A stretch of DNA of 64,000 nucleotides from a virus (lineage: Duplodnaviria; Caudoviricetes): IMG/VR virus record IMGVR_UViG_2595698902_000001, positions 1 through 64,000 of that record; one strand, given 5' to 3'. Position 1 is the stretch's first letter. Each line of letters starts with the position of its first letter. Both the position numbers and the translations under genes were made by a program. Shown here piece by piece: positions 1 through 9,239 of the stretch. Under the pieces are notes generated by a model, which worked only from the letters and a program-made list of their open reading frames with translations, did no database searches and was not told the DNA's origin.

Positions 1-50
1 CTAGGGGTCTTGGTTTGTGGCTTGCGTTTAGTGCTGGTGGCGTATGGCAT
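1..50 (-). CDS. 5' end of an early gene (MPYATSTKRKPQTKTP...), runs off the window
   Basis: ATG at 50 directly downstream of the conserved TTAGAGGAAGTTTCC RBS of the promoter cassette; frame open to window edge. Confidence 0.7.
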   Translation of the reverse strand, partial: MPYATSTKRKPQTKTP

Positions 51-140
51 GGAAACTTCCTCTAATCCGTGACTGTTAAAGTATCAGGCAGGCTTCGCCC
101 GATTCGTCTGCAAGATACCAAACGGCCCATAGCCTGTCAA
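51..140 (-). promoter_or_regulatory. sigma70-type early promoter + leader hairpin + RBS cassette, copy 1
   Basis: TTGACA(140-135)-17 bp-TATCTT; CGGGC-GAAGCCT-GCCTG hairpin; CTTTAACAGTCACG; TTAGAGGAAGTTT. Confidence 0.85.
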
Positions 141-160
141 CCCCCGGCCACCACACAGCC

Positions 161-217
161 TGCGCAGCCTCTATACGCGTGCGCAGCCTCTATACGCGTG
201 CGCAGCCTCTATACGCG
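161..217. repeat. 3 perfect tandem copies of 19-bp TGCGCAGCCTCTATACGCG
   Basis: Read directly at 161-179, 180-198, 199-217. Confidence 0.95.
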
Positions 218-266
218 TGCGCGGGCGCGTGTACGCGTGTACGGGCGTGTAAGAGCCAGAAACGAC

Positions 267-300
267 AAAGCCCCTAACCGGCGCAAACCGGAGGGGCTTT
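267..300 (-). terminator. intrinsic terminator
   Basis: AAAGCCCCT...AGGGGCTTT stem right after the stop of 304..717. Confidence 0.7.
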
Positions 301-303
301 CTG

Positions 304-717
304 TCAGCCAATGAAGCACTGGCCGATATTTTTAACGAACATCGAACGCGAACCGATTGCGCGGCTTTGCGTTTCTAGCAGCTCGCAAATGTTGTGTTCG
401 TCGGTCACTGCAAACGACGGCACGCGCAAATGCTTTATGTAGTCGGAATAGATTTCCAGAGCATCGCGCACAAGGTACATGGAATCAATTGCACCGTGCG
501 GACGAAACTCGCGGCCAAACTCTTCAACGCGGGAACCGGCAGCGACAAAATAAATATCGTCGCCGTATGCTGGCTCTTCGTGTTTAGTGATCAGTACCAC
601 ACCGCGAAACGTTACGCGCTGATTATGTTTCAGGTCGAATATCGCTTTCGGATTCGCTTCGATATCGACAAGGTTATCGGTGCGCGGTTTGACTGAAATG
701 GAAAGGATACCATTCAT
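304..717 (-). CDS. hypothetical protein
   Basis: ORF in minus-strand gene run, overlaps upstream stop (ATGA). Confidence 0.7.
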   Translation of the reverse strand: MNGILSISVKPRTDNLVDIEANPKAIFDLKHNQRVTFRGVVLITKHEEPAYGDDIYFVAAGSRVEEFGREFRPHGAIDSMYLVRDALEIYSDYIKHLRVPSFAVTDEHNICELLETQSRAIGSRSMFVKNIGQCFIG

Positions 718-977
718 TTGCGCTTGAACTCCCCTTCAACGGTAACGCCGGGATCGCCGTCAGTGGTTGCTCCCGGCCACCTGCAAAGTTTGCGTAGCGT
801 TTCGATTTCCACATGCGCGTTAGTCAGCGCAATTTCTTGTACATAATTCTTCGCTTCGGCCTGCGCCAGCTTAGCGGCCAGAGTGACGCGCCGCCAAACT
901 TCCAACATATACAGAACGATGAACAGGAAAAGCATTCCGTATTGGATAACAGATTCGATAGCGTCACTCGCGCTCAT
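714..977 (-). CDS. small membrane protein (1 TM + coiled coil)
   Basis: Hydrophobic stretch YGMLFLFIVLYMLEVW. Confidence 0.65.
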   Translation of the reverse strand: MSASDAIESVIQYGMLFLFIVLYMLEVWRRVTLAAKLAQAEAKNYVQEIALTNAHVEIETLRKLCRWPGATTDGDPGVTVEGEFKRK

Positions 978-981
978 TTTG

Positions 982-1365
982 TCACCCCTGCATACAATCG
1001 ACTTTCACCGTGGCGCCGGTTGCCTTCGCGCTGGTTTCCAACGCTGGGCGCAGAATCTCGGCATTCTTTGCACAGACGGGCGCGGCACTGTCTTTGCCAT
1101 AGAAATCTGCAACCTTTACATCCTCGGCAGCGCCTTGATTGGCAATGTTGAGATTCAAGGTAACAAGCGCTTTCTTCTCGCTAGGTGCCAAACCGGTCAC
1201 GCAAGAAAAAGTGCCTTTGCGATTTTGCTTGTCAGCTTCCGCCTGCATGGAAACTTTGTTCGTTTCGCAAAGGCGCGATGCACTCGACGTATAGAAATCA
1301 GCAACGCGCAATTCTTTGCACGGCTGGCCCACAACCAAACAGATCGACAGCAGCAGAGACGACAT
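982..1365 (-). CDS. exported Cys-containing protein with internal duplication
   Basis: Hydrophobic N-terminus; two (R/K)VADFY...S(A)..C..N repeats. Confidence 0.7.
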   Translation of the reverse strand: MSSLLLSICLVVGQPCKELRVADFYTSSASRLCETNKVSMQAEADKQNRKGTFSCVTGLAPSEKKALVTLNLNIANQGAAEDVKVADFYGKDSAAPVCAKNAEILRPALETSAKATGATVKVDCMQG

Positions 1366-1376
1366 AGGTGATTTCC

Positions 1377-1910
1377 TTATTTCTTTTTGATTTGCAGAGT
1401 GATACCGCAGTCGAAAGAAAGACGTTTCAGAATCTCTTTCACGTTGCGGGTCAGGTCCGTTGCATTTTCGCAGTCGGTGTAATCGCAGTAGTCTTCGATC
1501 AGGCTACGGCGGTTTTTGCCTTCCGCACGATACGCCTTCCAGCAGAAGCCTAGCGGCATATCAAAAAACTCGAAATCGTCGCCGCGTTCAAAATGCAGAA
1601 CAAGCGAACGGTTGCCGGTGAGACGGTAAGTGAAATCCCAGCGGTAAACGGCGCGGCCCACATAGCAACCGGGAACGGCAGCGCCGGGTTTTACCGTGGC
1701 GCCTGCTTTGCGAGCGGAGGTAATCAGGCGCTCGATAATTTTATCCTGAATTTTGCGCTGGGCTTCCATGCGTTCGCCCAATTGCTCAGGCGAGCATTGC
1801 AAACGCTTCGCGGCTTTCAGGTATTCGATCCGGTTACGGGTGGCGGTCAACAGTCCTTCCATCGCTTCCAGATCGGCTTGGTTTTCGGCGGTCCAGTTAA
1901 TGCTATTCAT
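1377..1910 (-). CDS. hypothetical protein
   Basis: ORF in gene run. Confidence 0.7.
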   Translation of the reverse strand: MNSINWTAENQADLEAMEGLLTATRNRIEYLKAAKRLQCSPEQLGERMEAQRKIQDKIIERLITSARKAGATVKPGAAVPGCYVGRAVYRWDFTYRLTGNRSLVLHFERGDDFEFFDMPLGFCWKAYRAEGKNRRSLIEDYCDYTDCENATDLTRNVKEILKRLSFDCGITLQIKKK

Positions 1911-2364
1911 CCTGTTCTTCCTCGTCTTCTACAAAATCAACGTAGCGCACCAGCGAGCACTTGTAGTAGGTCACGCCGTCTTTAACCACACGGCAGTTAG
2001 AATTGTTGTAGCCGTTTTGGTATTTCCAGCCACCTTCCTGATACTTTTTCGGAAGCGGAGGTACGGCCATTTTAGTTTTCTGTTCGCGAATCGGAATCTC
2101 GCAATATTCGCGCACTTTACCGAACAACGGAAACGAATCGGTAAGCTCGACCGTAGCAGGCACACCGCTAAGATTGGCGAGCGCGGAAAGCAGCCCGCCA
2201 CCAGTGGTAACTAAGCGCAAAATGTTGCGGTGCGAGCGCTCACACTTGACCGTCAATTCCATATTGAAATCGGAATAGGAATCGTGGTCAGGGCGCTGGC
2301 TGTCAAAGTCCACACAGCGGCGAGTGAAACTAATGGACACTGGATAAGAAGTTTCCAGTTTCAT
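1903..2364 (-). CDS. hypothetical protein
   Basis: ORF in gene run, GAGG RBS. Confidence 0.7.
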   Translation of the reverse strand: MKLETSYPVSISFTRRCVDFDSQRPDHDSYSDFNMELTVKCERSHRNILRLVTTGGGLLSALANLSGVPATVELTDSFPLFGKVREYCEIPIREQKTKMAVPPLPKKYQEGGWKYQNGYNNSNCRVVKDGVTYYKCSLVRYVDFVEDEEEQDE

Positions 2365-2371
2365 AAAAACC

Positions 2372-2977
2372 TCACAGATAAACGTAGGATTCCAATTCCG
2401 GCAACCGCTCTTCGGATTTGAAACGACGCATCGACCAAAGCGAAGTGCGCTTCAAATTTTCCTCATGCAGCAAGTTTACCGGGAAAATATCTACAGGCGG
2501 TTTGTACACACGCCGCATAGCTTCCTTCGTGCTCGATCCGGCGTAAACCAGCTGAACCTCTTTGGATGCCATGATAAAGCGAATTACAAAGCCGTGCTTG
2601 CGCACCGACTCTTCAAACGACTTATACGAATCCGCGCAGGGGAATCCGTCGAAATTGTCGTAGTCGTAAATAGGGCCTTCGACAATTTCCTCTTTAGTAT
2701 TTACAGATTCAGCAGAAGCCGCTGTAGAAGACTCTATTTGCGCGGCCAACCTTGCCAACTCTTTTTCTTCCTTGGTGAACGGAATATCACGCACGGTAGA
2801 TTCACGCGCTTGCGACCAGAACGGGCTACCGCCCAATTCGCTTTTAGGCAGCGAATCCGCTTGCGCTTTCTTTTCACGCTTTACGACGTTTTCTCGGAAA
2901 GTCAGGTAAACAAGCGCACCGACGCAAAGCAGAATTCCCACCACAACAAAACAGCCAACCAATACAGGCCATTCCAT
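2372..2977 (-). CDS. N-terminally membrane-anchored protein
   Basis: Start re-assigned to MEWPVL (GGGAG RBS); TM segment VLVGCFVVVGILLCVGALVYL. Confidence 0.7.
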   Translation of the reverse strand: MEWPVLVGCFVVVGILLCVGALVYLTFRENVVKREKKAQADSLPKSELGGSPFWSQARESTVRDIPFTKEEKELARLAAQIESSTAASAESVNTKEEIVEGPIYDYDNFDGFPCADSYKSFEESVRKHGFVIRFIMASKEVQLVYAGSSTKEAMRRVYKPPVDIFPVNLLHEENLKRTSLWSMRRFKSEERLPELESYVYL

Positions 2978-3050
2978 GATTTTCTCCCGATGAACATAAC
3001 CCCGGTTTTTAGGCCGGGGTTTATTTTTGTGATCCGGTGTTGTCTTGCTT

Positions 3051-4442
3051 TTAGTGCAAGGCCTCAACCGCGTTGAATTGAGCCGCAACCAGTTTGCCGA
3101 CGAAGGTAGGCTGGCCGTCCAGCATTGCCACTTGTGCGAACGGTACAGCGGTTTTGCCGTCGCTCAGCACTGCCACGCGTACATCATCGCGGCGAACTAC
3201 GCGCAGAACGCCAACCACTTTAGAGCGCGCACCTTTCACCAGACGCAGGCCGTTTTCTTTGAGGTCGGCAATGGTCGGGGTCGCTTCGACTTTGTGCTGT
3301 TTTGCTTCGGCCTTGTCGAAATTGGCGCGTGGCGCTTTGGTTTCGGCTGGCTTGCTTGCAGCAGTCTTACGGGTGTTTTCAGCAGGCTTTGCAGCCGGGG
3401 TGTTTTCAGCAACTTCGGCCACGCGGAATTTGCCTTTTACTTCGACAATCGAATCCAGCGGAATGCGCTTACCGGATTGAGTCACAACCGAACGCACGCC
3501 AGTGGTTTTGTTGCGCTGGATTGCTTCGACTACTTCGTGCTTGCGGCCATCAATAAACCCCTCGGCGCGCAGGCGGGTAGTGCTTACTTCGGTTTTTGCA
3601 GCGGCTTTTGCAACAGGCGCAGCGGCAGCTGGTTTTGCGTCAGCTTTTGCAGCCGGGGTTTTTTCGCCTTTGACCATACGGCCTTTGCGGTTGTCACGAA
3701 TGTGCGCAACAAAGTGTTTACCGGCGCTGGTGGCGTTTTCCAGTGCGCGAACATCGCTCAGCGAAACAGCCTCATACGCCCAGCGTGCGCCATCGTTGAA
3801 GGTGGCGAACAGCGTTTGAGTGTTGCGGTCATACTCGGCGGCTTTCAGCAGGGCAGACGGTTTGATTTTCAGTACGCGAATCGGGTACTGGCGGATTGCT
3901 TCTTTTTCAACCGACAGTTTTTCTTCTTTGACGGCTGGCGCTTTCGGTGCAACGGTTTCGCCTTTCTTGGCGTAGTTGGCAATGGCCGATTCCTTCACGC
4001 GGAAAGTGCCGCGATTGTTGCGCTCGATATCGCCCAGTGCGATACGCAGGCCGGAAGCGGTTACAGCTTCGCGGGTATCGGTCGCTTTGTTGCGGGAAAT
4101 GCGCACGACGGTTTCTTTTGCGCGGCCCAGCAGCACGATTTGATCGCGCAGGTCAGCGGCTTTGATTTCCGGCGCGGCATTTTCTTTAGGCGCGGAAACT
4201 TTTGCAGCCGGGGTTTTGGTTTCGGTTGCTTTCGGAGCTGGCGCCGGGGCGGCTTCGGCCTGCTTGGCTTTGAACTCTTTGTGCCAGTGTTTCAGATCGC
4301 GCAGGGTAACGCCGTTGCCCAAATCGGAAGCCAAACGGAACAGCGGGGCGCCGGTGGCTTTCTTGTGTTCGCGGTTGGCGGTTTCAATAGCTTCAACAGC
4401 AGCAACCAGCATGGCTTGGGCGGTGTAGGATACGGTGGTCAT
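3051..4442 (-). CDS. KTSC-domain, Ala/Lys/Pro-rich multidomain early protein
   Basis: SALLKAAEYDRNTQTLFATFNDGARWAYEAV...ATSAGKHFVAHIR matches the KTSC pattern; AKP-rich linkers. Confidence 0.8.
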   Translation of the reverse strand: MTTVSYTAQAMLVAAVEAIETANREHKKATGAPLFRLASDLGNGVTLRDLKHWHKEFKAKQAEAAPAPAPKATETKTPAAKVSAPKENAAPEIKAADLRDQIVLLGRAKETVVRISRNKATDTREAVTASGLRIALGDIERNNRGTFRVKESAIANYAKKGETVAPKAPAVKEEKLSVEKEAIRQYPIRVLKIKPSALLKAAEYDRNTQTLFATFNDGARWAYEAVSLSDVRALENATSAGKHFVAHIRDNRKGRMVKGEKTPAAKADAKPAAAAPVAKAAAKTEVSTTRLRAEGFIDGRKHEVVEAIQRNKTTGVRSVVTQSGKRIPLDSIVEVKGKFRVAEVAENTPAAKPAENTRKTAASKPAETKAPRANFDKAEAKQHKVEATPTIADLKENGLRLVKGARSKVVGVLRVVRRDDVRVAVLSDGKTAVPFAQVAMLDGQPTFVGKLVAAQFNAVEALH

Positions 4443-4533
4443 GGGAAACTTCCTCTAAAGTGTGATCGTCTTTGTTTCGGGCAGGCTTTGCCCGAGTGAC
4501 TGCATATTGGCTTATGGTGGCCGGGGGTGTCAA
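4443..4533 (-). promoter_or_regulatory. early promoter cassette, copy 2
   Basis: TTGACA-18 bp-CAATAT; TCGGGCA-AAGCC-TGCCCGA hairpin; TTAGAGGAAGTTT. Confidence 0.8.
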
Positions 4534-4584
4534 TAGGCTAGTACCAAAAAAGTGACCGCCCCGGCTAAAAACTTTGTTCGGGCC

Positions 4585-4959
4585 TTACCGGCGCGTGCCG
4601 TGTTTCCGGGCGCTGCGCTCGTTTTCGTCGCGCTCTTCCAGAATCGTAGCGAGGTGCGCTAGCGCGTCTTCTGGTTTCAGAAAGTAGGAGGACAAGGTTT
4701 CATGACGCGGCGTAAAAGTTCGCTCGCCCGCCTGAAAAACGGTGTCGCCCTCTTCGTCGGTGTCCACGCGCAGAAACAAAATTGATTCCTCGGCGGTGAT
4801 CGAAATTTCTTCGGCTTCGTGGTTAACGTTTACGAATCCAAGAAGTTCGGCCAGCGCTTCCAAATCTACAGCGGATTCTTGCTGCTCGATTGCCGTGGCG
4901 TGGTAAAGCGCAAACTGTGGAAAGTTTGCCAGAATGGAATTCTTGCGATTCTTGCTCAT
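4585..4959 (-). CDS. hypothetical protein
   Basis: ORF with TAGGA RBS. Confidence 0.7.
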   Translation of the reverse strand: MSKNRKNSILANFPQFALYHATAIEQQESAVDLEALAELLGFVNVNHEAEEISITAEESILFLRVDTDEEGDTVFQAGERTFTPRHETLSSYFLKPEDALAHLATILEERDENERSARKHGTRR

Positions 4960-4992
4960 TTCGGGATTCCTACTTATTAGAAATTAGTTTGC

Positions 4993-5400
4993 TCAGCGAT
5001 GGGCGCGCATGGAAAGCCTTTCCACTTTGCCGTGCAGGTCTTCGATTTCAAAATCTGCATTGAGGCGCGTGCGTGCCGCCATGATTCCGTGACACTGATC
5101 GGAAACGTCGCGTTCCGCAATCCAGCTTTCGATACGGCGCCCGCTTCGCATAAGGAACAGTGCGCGGGTGTTTTGATCGTATTCGTGCTTGAATTCGATT
5201 TCCGGGTGGAACCGGTCGAACGCCGTGCGCAGGTCGATTAGCGAATTGGCGCGGATCGTGACAAAACCGCCGTGCAACATTTTGGCGTGCGTGGTGAAAG
5301 TAAAAGGATGCTGCATCACGCCGGACTCGTCCAGAAAAACCGCACCGAGTTCAGTTTCGTGGATTGCGTTAACCTCGCTGACTGCTTTTTCGTTTTGCAT
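4993..5400 (-). CDS. hypothetical protein
   Basis: ORF with TAGGGA RBS. Confidence 0.7.
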   Translation of the reverse strand: MQNEKAVSEVNAIHETELGAVFLDESGVMQHPFTFTTHAKMLHGGFVTIRANSLIDLRTAFDRFHPEIEFKHEYDQNTRALFLMRSGRRIESWIAERDVSDQCHGIMAARTRLNADFEIEDLHGKVERLSMRAHR

Positions 5401-5490
5401 CGTGATTTCCCTACGGATGAATTAGTTTTCAGTACAACCAGCGTGCGCACTCAAAAATGCTAGGCATTAATGCAGAATGCGCAGACGGGT

Positions 5491-5898
5491 TTATCTGGCG
5501 ACTATGCGATGCGGGATCGGATCAATATGCGGCTCGACTTCCCTACCGAGCACGATGGAAAGTAAACCAGCAGCAGAACGCGCTGCATGGCGCCAAGGCC
5601 CATCGCCTTTTACGTGCGTTGCAAAGAAGGTCGAACCTTCCAGAGTTTCCGCCAGCAATTCCGCCTGCTCGACACTTTGCAGGCAAACGGAAATCATCAG
5701 GCCATCGCAAGCGGCAAACAGCCGGTAGTAATCGTCGGCAGCTTTGACAAGTTTTTCAGAATCCAGCGCACGCTCGCGCAGGTCGTTATTGAAAAGCTCG
5801 TCAAAGTCTTCGGCGTCGAAGCTGATAAGGTGCGACAACCGATGCTGCATTACTTCGCGCTGCATTTTGGTCAGAATCAGTTTTTGTGGGAAAGGCAT
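5491..5898 (-). CDS. hypothetical protein
   Basis: ORF with AGGAG RBS. Confidence 0.7.
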   Translation of the reverse strand: MPFPQKLILTKMQREVMQHRLSHLISFDAEDFDELFNNDLRERALDSEKLVKAADDYYRLFAACDGLMISVCLQSVEQAELLAETLEGSTFFATHVKGDGPWRHAARSAAGLLSIVLGREVEPHIDPIPHRIVAR

Positions 5899-5900
5899 TT

Positions 5901-6251
5901 TTAGTGCTCCTGCTTTGGGATCGAATCGAAATGGCCGGGGCCGCTGGTGAACGGACGCATGTACAAATTGTGCTGGCGCGCATAATCAATCTCACGCGGC
6001 GAATAGGTGCGCTCTTCATAATCTTGACCGAACGCGATAGAGATACGAACCGTAACCGAGGCATCGCTATTAACGCGGAACAGCTGTTTGCCGAATACAG
6101 GAAAACCCAAAACGGCGCGTTGCGTTTTTGCGTCAAGGCGGATTTCTTTATCCTCCAAATCCGAAAGCGCAATGGTTTCAAAGAACGAAAGGATACCGGC
6201 GCTCTTTGGCATTGCCCAATCTGCGATGGCGGCGAACTGAATACGGCTCAT
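5901..6251 (-). CDS. hypothetical early protein
   Basis: First gene after promoter cassette 3. Confidence 0.75.
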   Translation of the reverse strand: MSRIQFAAIADWAMPKSAGILSFFETIALSDLEDKEIRLDAKTQRAVLGFPVFGKQLFRVNSDASVTVRISIAFGQDYEERTYSPREIDYARQHNLYMRPFTSGPGHFDSIPKQEH

Positions 6252-6342
6252 GCTGAAACTTCCCTAATGGCGTGACTGTAAAAGTATCGGGCACACTCTG
6301 CCCGTCTGCCCATAGAGTCTCAAAACGCGGGGGCCATGTCAA
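6252..6342 (-). promoter_or_regulatory. early promoter cassette, copy 3
   Basis: TTGACA (6342-6337), weak -10; CGGGCA-GAGTG-TGCCCG hairpin; CTTTTACAGTCACG; TTAGGGAAGTTT. Confidence 0.75.
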
Positions 6343-6426
6343 CGGGCCAGCACAGAAAGTTGGCGCGGCTTTCTATACGCGGGCGCGCATACGCGTAGGC
6401 CAGAAAGTCAGATTCCGGGCACAAGA

Positions 6427-6447
6427 AAGCCCGCGCATGGCGGGCTT
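6427..6447 (-). terminator. intrinsic terminator
   Basis: AAGCCCGC-gcatg-GCGGGCTT hairpin after 6476..6874. Confidence 0.65.
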
Positions 6448-6475
6448 ATCTCGGGGCGCTAGGTAGGTAGCGGTT

Positions 6476-6874
6476 TTACTTTGTCGGCACAAAAGAAACC
6501 ACGCGGGGCGCCTTAGAGCCTGATTGTGCGGGTACTCCGTTTATGTAGTAGGCGACGTGGGAGTGCAGGCGCTCCCTGCCGTTTATGATCGGGTGGCCGT
6601 ACATGATTGTGCCGCTGCCATTCATGGTGTGTATGGCTACCTGATTTCCGTTCTCAAGACGATAACGCCCAGTCAGCTGCATAATCACGTCAGAGTCAAT
6701 TAGCGTCATGATTGCCGTTCCTCCCGGCGGCGGTTCGATTGTCATTGCAGCTTCCATAAATCGCTGCGCGGTTTCCTTGTCGCGACTGAACCACATATCG
6801 TATTCCTTTTCAAAAGGTTCACCGTTCAAAACGGAAACGCCTTTGAGGTGAACGTGTGCGCCGTAGAGTTTCAT
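6476..6874 (-). CDS. hypothetical protein
   Basis: ORF in gene run. Confidence 0.7.
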   Translation of the reverse strand: MKLYGAHVHLKGVSVLNGEPFEKEYDMWFSRDKETAQRFMEAAMTIEPPPGGTAIMTLIDSDVIMQLTGRYRLENGNQVAIHTMNGSGTIMYGHPIINGRERLHSHVAYYINGVPAQSGSKAPRVVSFVPTK

Positions 6875-6877
6875 TGA

Positions 6878-7273
6878 TTAGAATCCTGTCAGTTTGCAAA
6901 GGCGTGCCATTTTCATTGTGATTGCCGCCCGCTGTCCAAAGTTCGGTGTTACGGTGTAAAGCCATTTCGTTGAGGATTTAATTCTGGCGTGCGTATAGGC
7001 GCAACGCTTGCCAGCTTTATACAAACTCTCGATAGCGCTTGCGAGTGTGTACCCGCGCCCGAATTGATTTGCATCGCTGGCGATTACCATAACGACGCCC
7101 AACAGTTCCTCGATTTTTGAACCGTCGCCCTCTCGGGTGTAAAACAAAAAGTTGGAATTGGTATCGCCCCACGCGGTAAGGTCGCCGTCTTCTTCCAGTT
7201 TAATGCAAAGCGCGTATTCCTGCGCACCAGCTGCGGCCAGTGCGGGTTTTACAAAATGAGTCGGCTTCACCAC
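6878..7273 (-). CDS. hypothetical protein
   Basis: Start re-assigned to GTG at 7273 (GGAG RBS) to avoid overlap. Confidence 0.6.
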   Translation of the reverse strand: MVKPTHFVKPALAAAGAQEYALCIKLEEDGDLTAWGDTNSNFLFYTREGDGSKIEELLGVVMVIASDANQFGRGYTLASAIESLYKAGKRCAYTHARIKSSTKWLYTVTPNFGQRAAITMKMARLCKLTGF

Positions 7274-7275
7274 GG

Positions 7276-7575
7276 TTAAATCTCCAGCTTCACAACAATG
7301 CCCCAAACGGCTTTTTCGCACGGCGGCTCAAAGCGTCCATAGACCGCCATGTTTTCGTGATGCCTTTCCAGAATGCGCTTGATCGTGTCGCACACGTTGG
7401 AATCGCTAGAGCCTTCGTGTTTTGCTGCAAGGTAGGAAGGCGAATCTTGCACCAGCACGCGATAGGCTGCGCGAATAGATGCCGCGTCACGCTTGGCACG
7501 CATTTGCTTAACAACCAACTCAAATTCTGCATCGGTCAGTTGTTCGTGCTTTTTGATTTCGTTGAAAAACGCCAC
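7276..7575 (-). CDS. TrfB/KorA-like HTH transcriptional regulator
   Basis: LTDAEF...AAYRVLVQD...AAKHEGSSDSNVCDTIKRI parallels the KorA pattern LTESQF...ARGVLVDG...GLTRGAVSQAVHRV. Confidence 0.6.
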   Translation of the reverse strand: MAFFNEIKKHEQLTDAEFELVVKQMRAKRDAASIRAAYRVLVQDSPSYLAAKHEGSSDSNVCDTIKRILERHHENMAVYGRFEPPCEKAVWGIVVKLEI

Positions 7576-7587
7576 GGGGTTTCCTTA

Positions 7588-8085
7588 CTAGACTACTTTA
7601 AAGGTTGCACGCTCGCCAGCGGCTACTACGTTGGTAAATTCTGCAATGTCGATATCGTGCAGGATGATCAGGCCGTTTCCTGTGTTGGTGATATGCTGTT
7701 CCATTGCGGAATAATCCAGCCCTTCGCCGAACGCGGCAATCATTGCGTTTTCGATTTCAGTCTGCTTGAACTTGAAGCGCTGCTTTGTGTGCTCGGTGTC
7801 GTGCAGCTCCAAAGTTTTATTTTGCAGCGCAACTATCGTCAAATGCGGGAATTGCAATTCAACGTCACCATGCGACATGCGCACCGCGTACAGGAAAGGT
7901 TTCACGCGCAGGTTTTCCACGCCGGGAACCGTGCGAGTTTTGACGCTCATGTTTATTTTTGCAGGGTCCGCCATGAAATCCCGTACCTGCAAACACAGCT
8001 CGGGACTCTGGCCGATCAGATACCAGATATCCTTTGGTTCCGGTTTCTGCTCGCTTAACGCCATGATGAAAAACATGGTAGGCAT
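7588..8085 (-). CDS. hypothetical protein
   Basis: ORF in gene run. Confidence 0.7.
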   Translation of the reverse strand: MPTMFFIMALSEQKPEPKDIWYLIGQSPELCLQVRDFMADPAKINMSVKTRTVPGVENLRVKPFLYAVRMSHGDVELQFPHLTIVALQNKTLELHDTEHTKQRFKFKQTEIENAMIAAFGEGLDYSAMEQHITNTGNGLIILHDIDIAEFTNVVAAGERATFKVV

Positions 8086-8099
8086 TCCTTTTTAGTTTA

Positions 8100-8132
8100 C
8101 TACCGACAAACCCCGCACTAGGCGGGGTTCTT
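8100..8132 (-). terminator. hairpin/terminator, identical to 9240-9272
   Basis: CTACCGACAAACCCCGCACTAGGCGGGGTTCTT. Confidence 0.7.
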
Positions 8133-8138
8133 GTTGGA

Positions 8139-8519
8139 TCAGGCGCGGCGTTTCTTGCTGCGCGAAAGGCTGGCGCCCTTGCGGTTAGGCTTAGGCTTTT
8201 TGGCGCTGGTGAAAATCTGCAACAGGCTTTCCGTTTTCGTTTTAATGTAGCCGTCGTGTACCAGCGCATTGCGCAGACAGGCTAAGTCACCGCCCATATC
8301 GCACCGGCCAGCAGTGCGCAGCCATGCGTTACGTTCCGCGTGCGGAATCACAATGCAGGCGCGGACAAAAACGAACTGGCGAATTTCAATTACCAGTTGT
8401 TCTGGCTCTTGAATGCGCACCAGATCAAAAACCGGATCAAGCAGGTCGCCCGCCACGAACGGATTCGGTTTGAACCACGATTCGATTTCGTCAACCTTTT
8501 GCAGGATTGGATTAGTCAT
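8139..8519 (-). CDS. hypothetical protein
   Basis: ORF coupled to upstream stop. Confidence 0.7.
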   Translation of the reverse strand: MTNPILQKVDEIESWFKPNPFVAGDLLDPVFDLVRIQEPEQLVIEIRQFVFVRACIVIPHAERNAWLRTAGRCDMGGDLACLRNALVHDGYIKTKTESLLQIFTSAKKPKPNRKGASLSRSKKRRA

Positions 8520-8929
8520 TTGCGTTTCTCCAAAATTGCCACGCGCTTAGAAACGCGGCGGGTTCTTCCATTCTTTTCATCGCTGCCAATCCAGACATAT
8601 TCGGAAAGGGCAGTAACGGTGCCATATCGAAGCGTAGAGCCGTTGTCGTAACCCACGGCCACCACATCGCCAATCTCAACCAGCAGGCCGCGCACGTCGC
8701 GATGCGCAGGCGGCACATAAACCGGCGCTGCAAAACGTTTCGCTAGATCGACCAGCAAATCATCCGACAGGTCGTTAATCAGCAGGCTAGAAACTTTGCG
8801 CCCGCGTTCTTTTCCGTTGAACACGAACCACGACCATTGCTTACCGTCGTTGGCACGTTCGATTTTCAGCCCGGATTTTTTCAGACGCTTGTTTACGTCG
8901 GACACTTTCGTATTGCGGCTAACAGTCAT
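8516..8929 (-). CDS. basic protein with KOW/SH3-like C-terminus
   Basis: DVRGLLVEIGDVVAV...G.VT motif. Confidence 0.6.
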   Translation of the reverse strand: MTVSRNTKVSDVNKRLKKSGLKIERANDGKQWSWFVFNGKERGRKVSSLLINDLSDDLLVDLAKRFAAPVYVPPAHRDVRGLLVEIGDVVAVGYDNGSTLRYGTVTALSEYVWIGSDEKNGRTRRVSKRVAILEKRK

Positions 8930-8936
8930 ACGCGCC

Positions 8937-9215
8937 TCAATTCTTTTTCAGGATTTCTTGAATTTCACCGCCCCACAAACCAACGTCGGGGATGCGCTCT
9001 TTGTCATGCGGCCAGTTCGGACGCTGCGGGCCATAAACCGTGTCGTCGTCCATTTCCGCACAAATGGTATCCGGGCAATTAATCCAGACCAGAACATCAG
9101 TCACGGTGCCGTTACCGGTTGTGCCGTCGCGGCTCTTAACGCGAATGCGAGTACCCGGCACAATTTTTTGCCCCTGCCATTCAAAGTAGGGAACGCTATT
9201 CGGTTTCTTGCTCAT
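8937..9215 (-). CDS. small SH3/KOW-like protein
   Basis: GQKIVPGTRIRV...GTVTDV. Confidence 0.55.
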   Translation of the reverse strand: MSKKPNSVPYFEWQGQKIVPGTRIRVKSRDGTTGNGTVTDVLVWINCPDTICAEMDDDTVYGPQRPNWPHDKERIPDVGLWGGEIQEILKKN

Positions 9216-9239
9216 GCGAAAATTCCTGTGTTTGGTTTT

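Noticed and set aside
161-250. Possible mini CRISPR array
   Set aside because: The 19-bp units are contiguous with no unique spacers, and no cas genes are in the window
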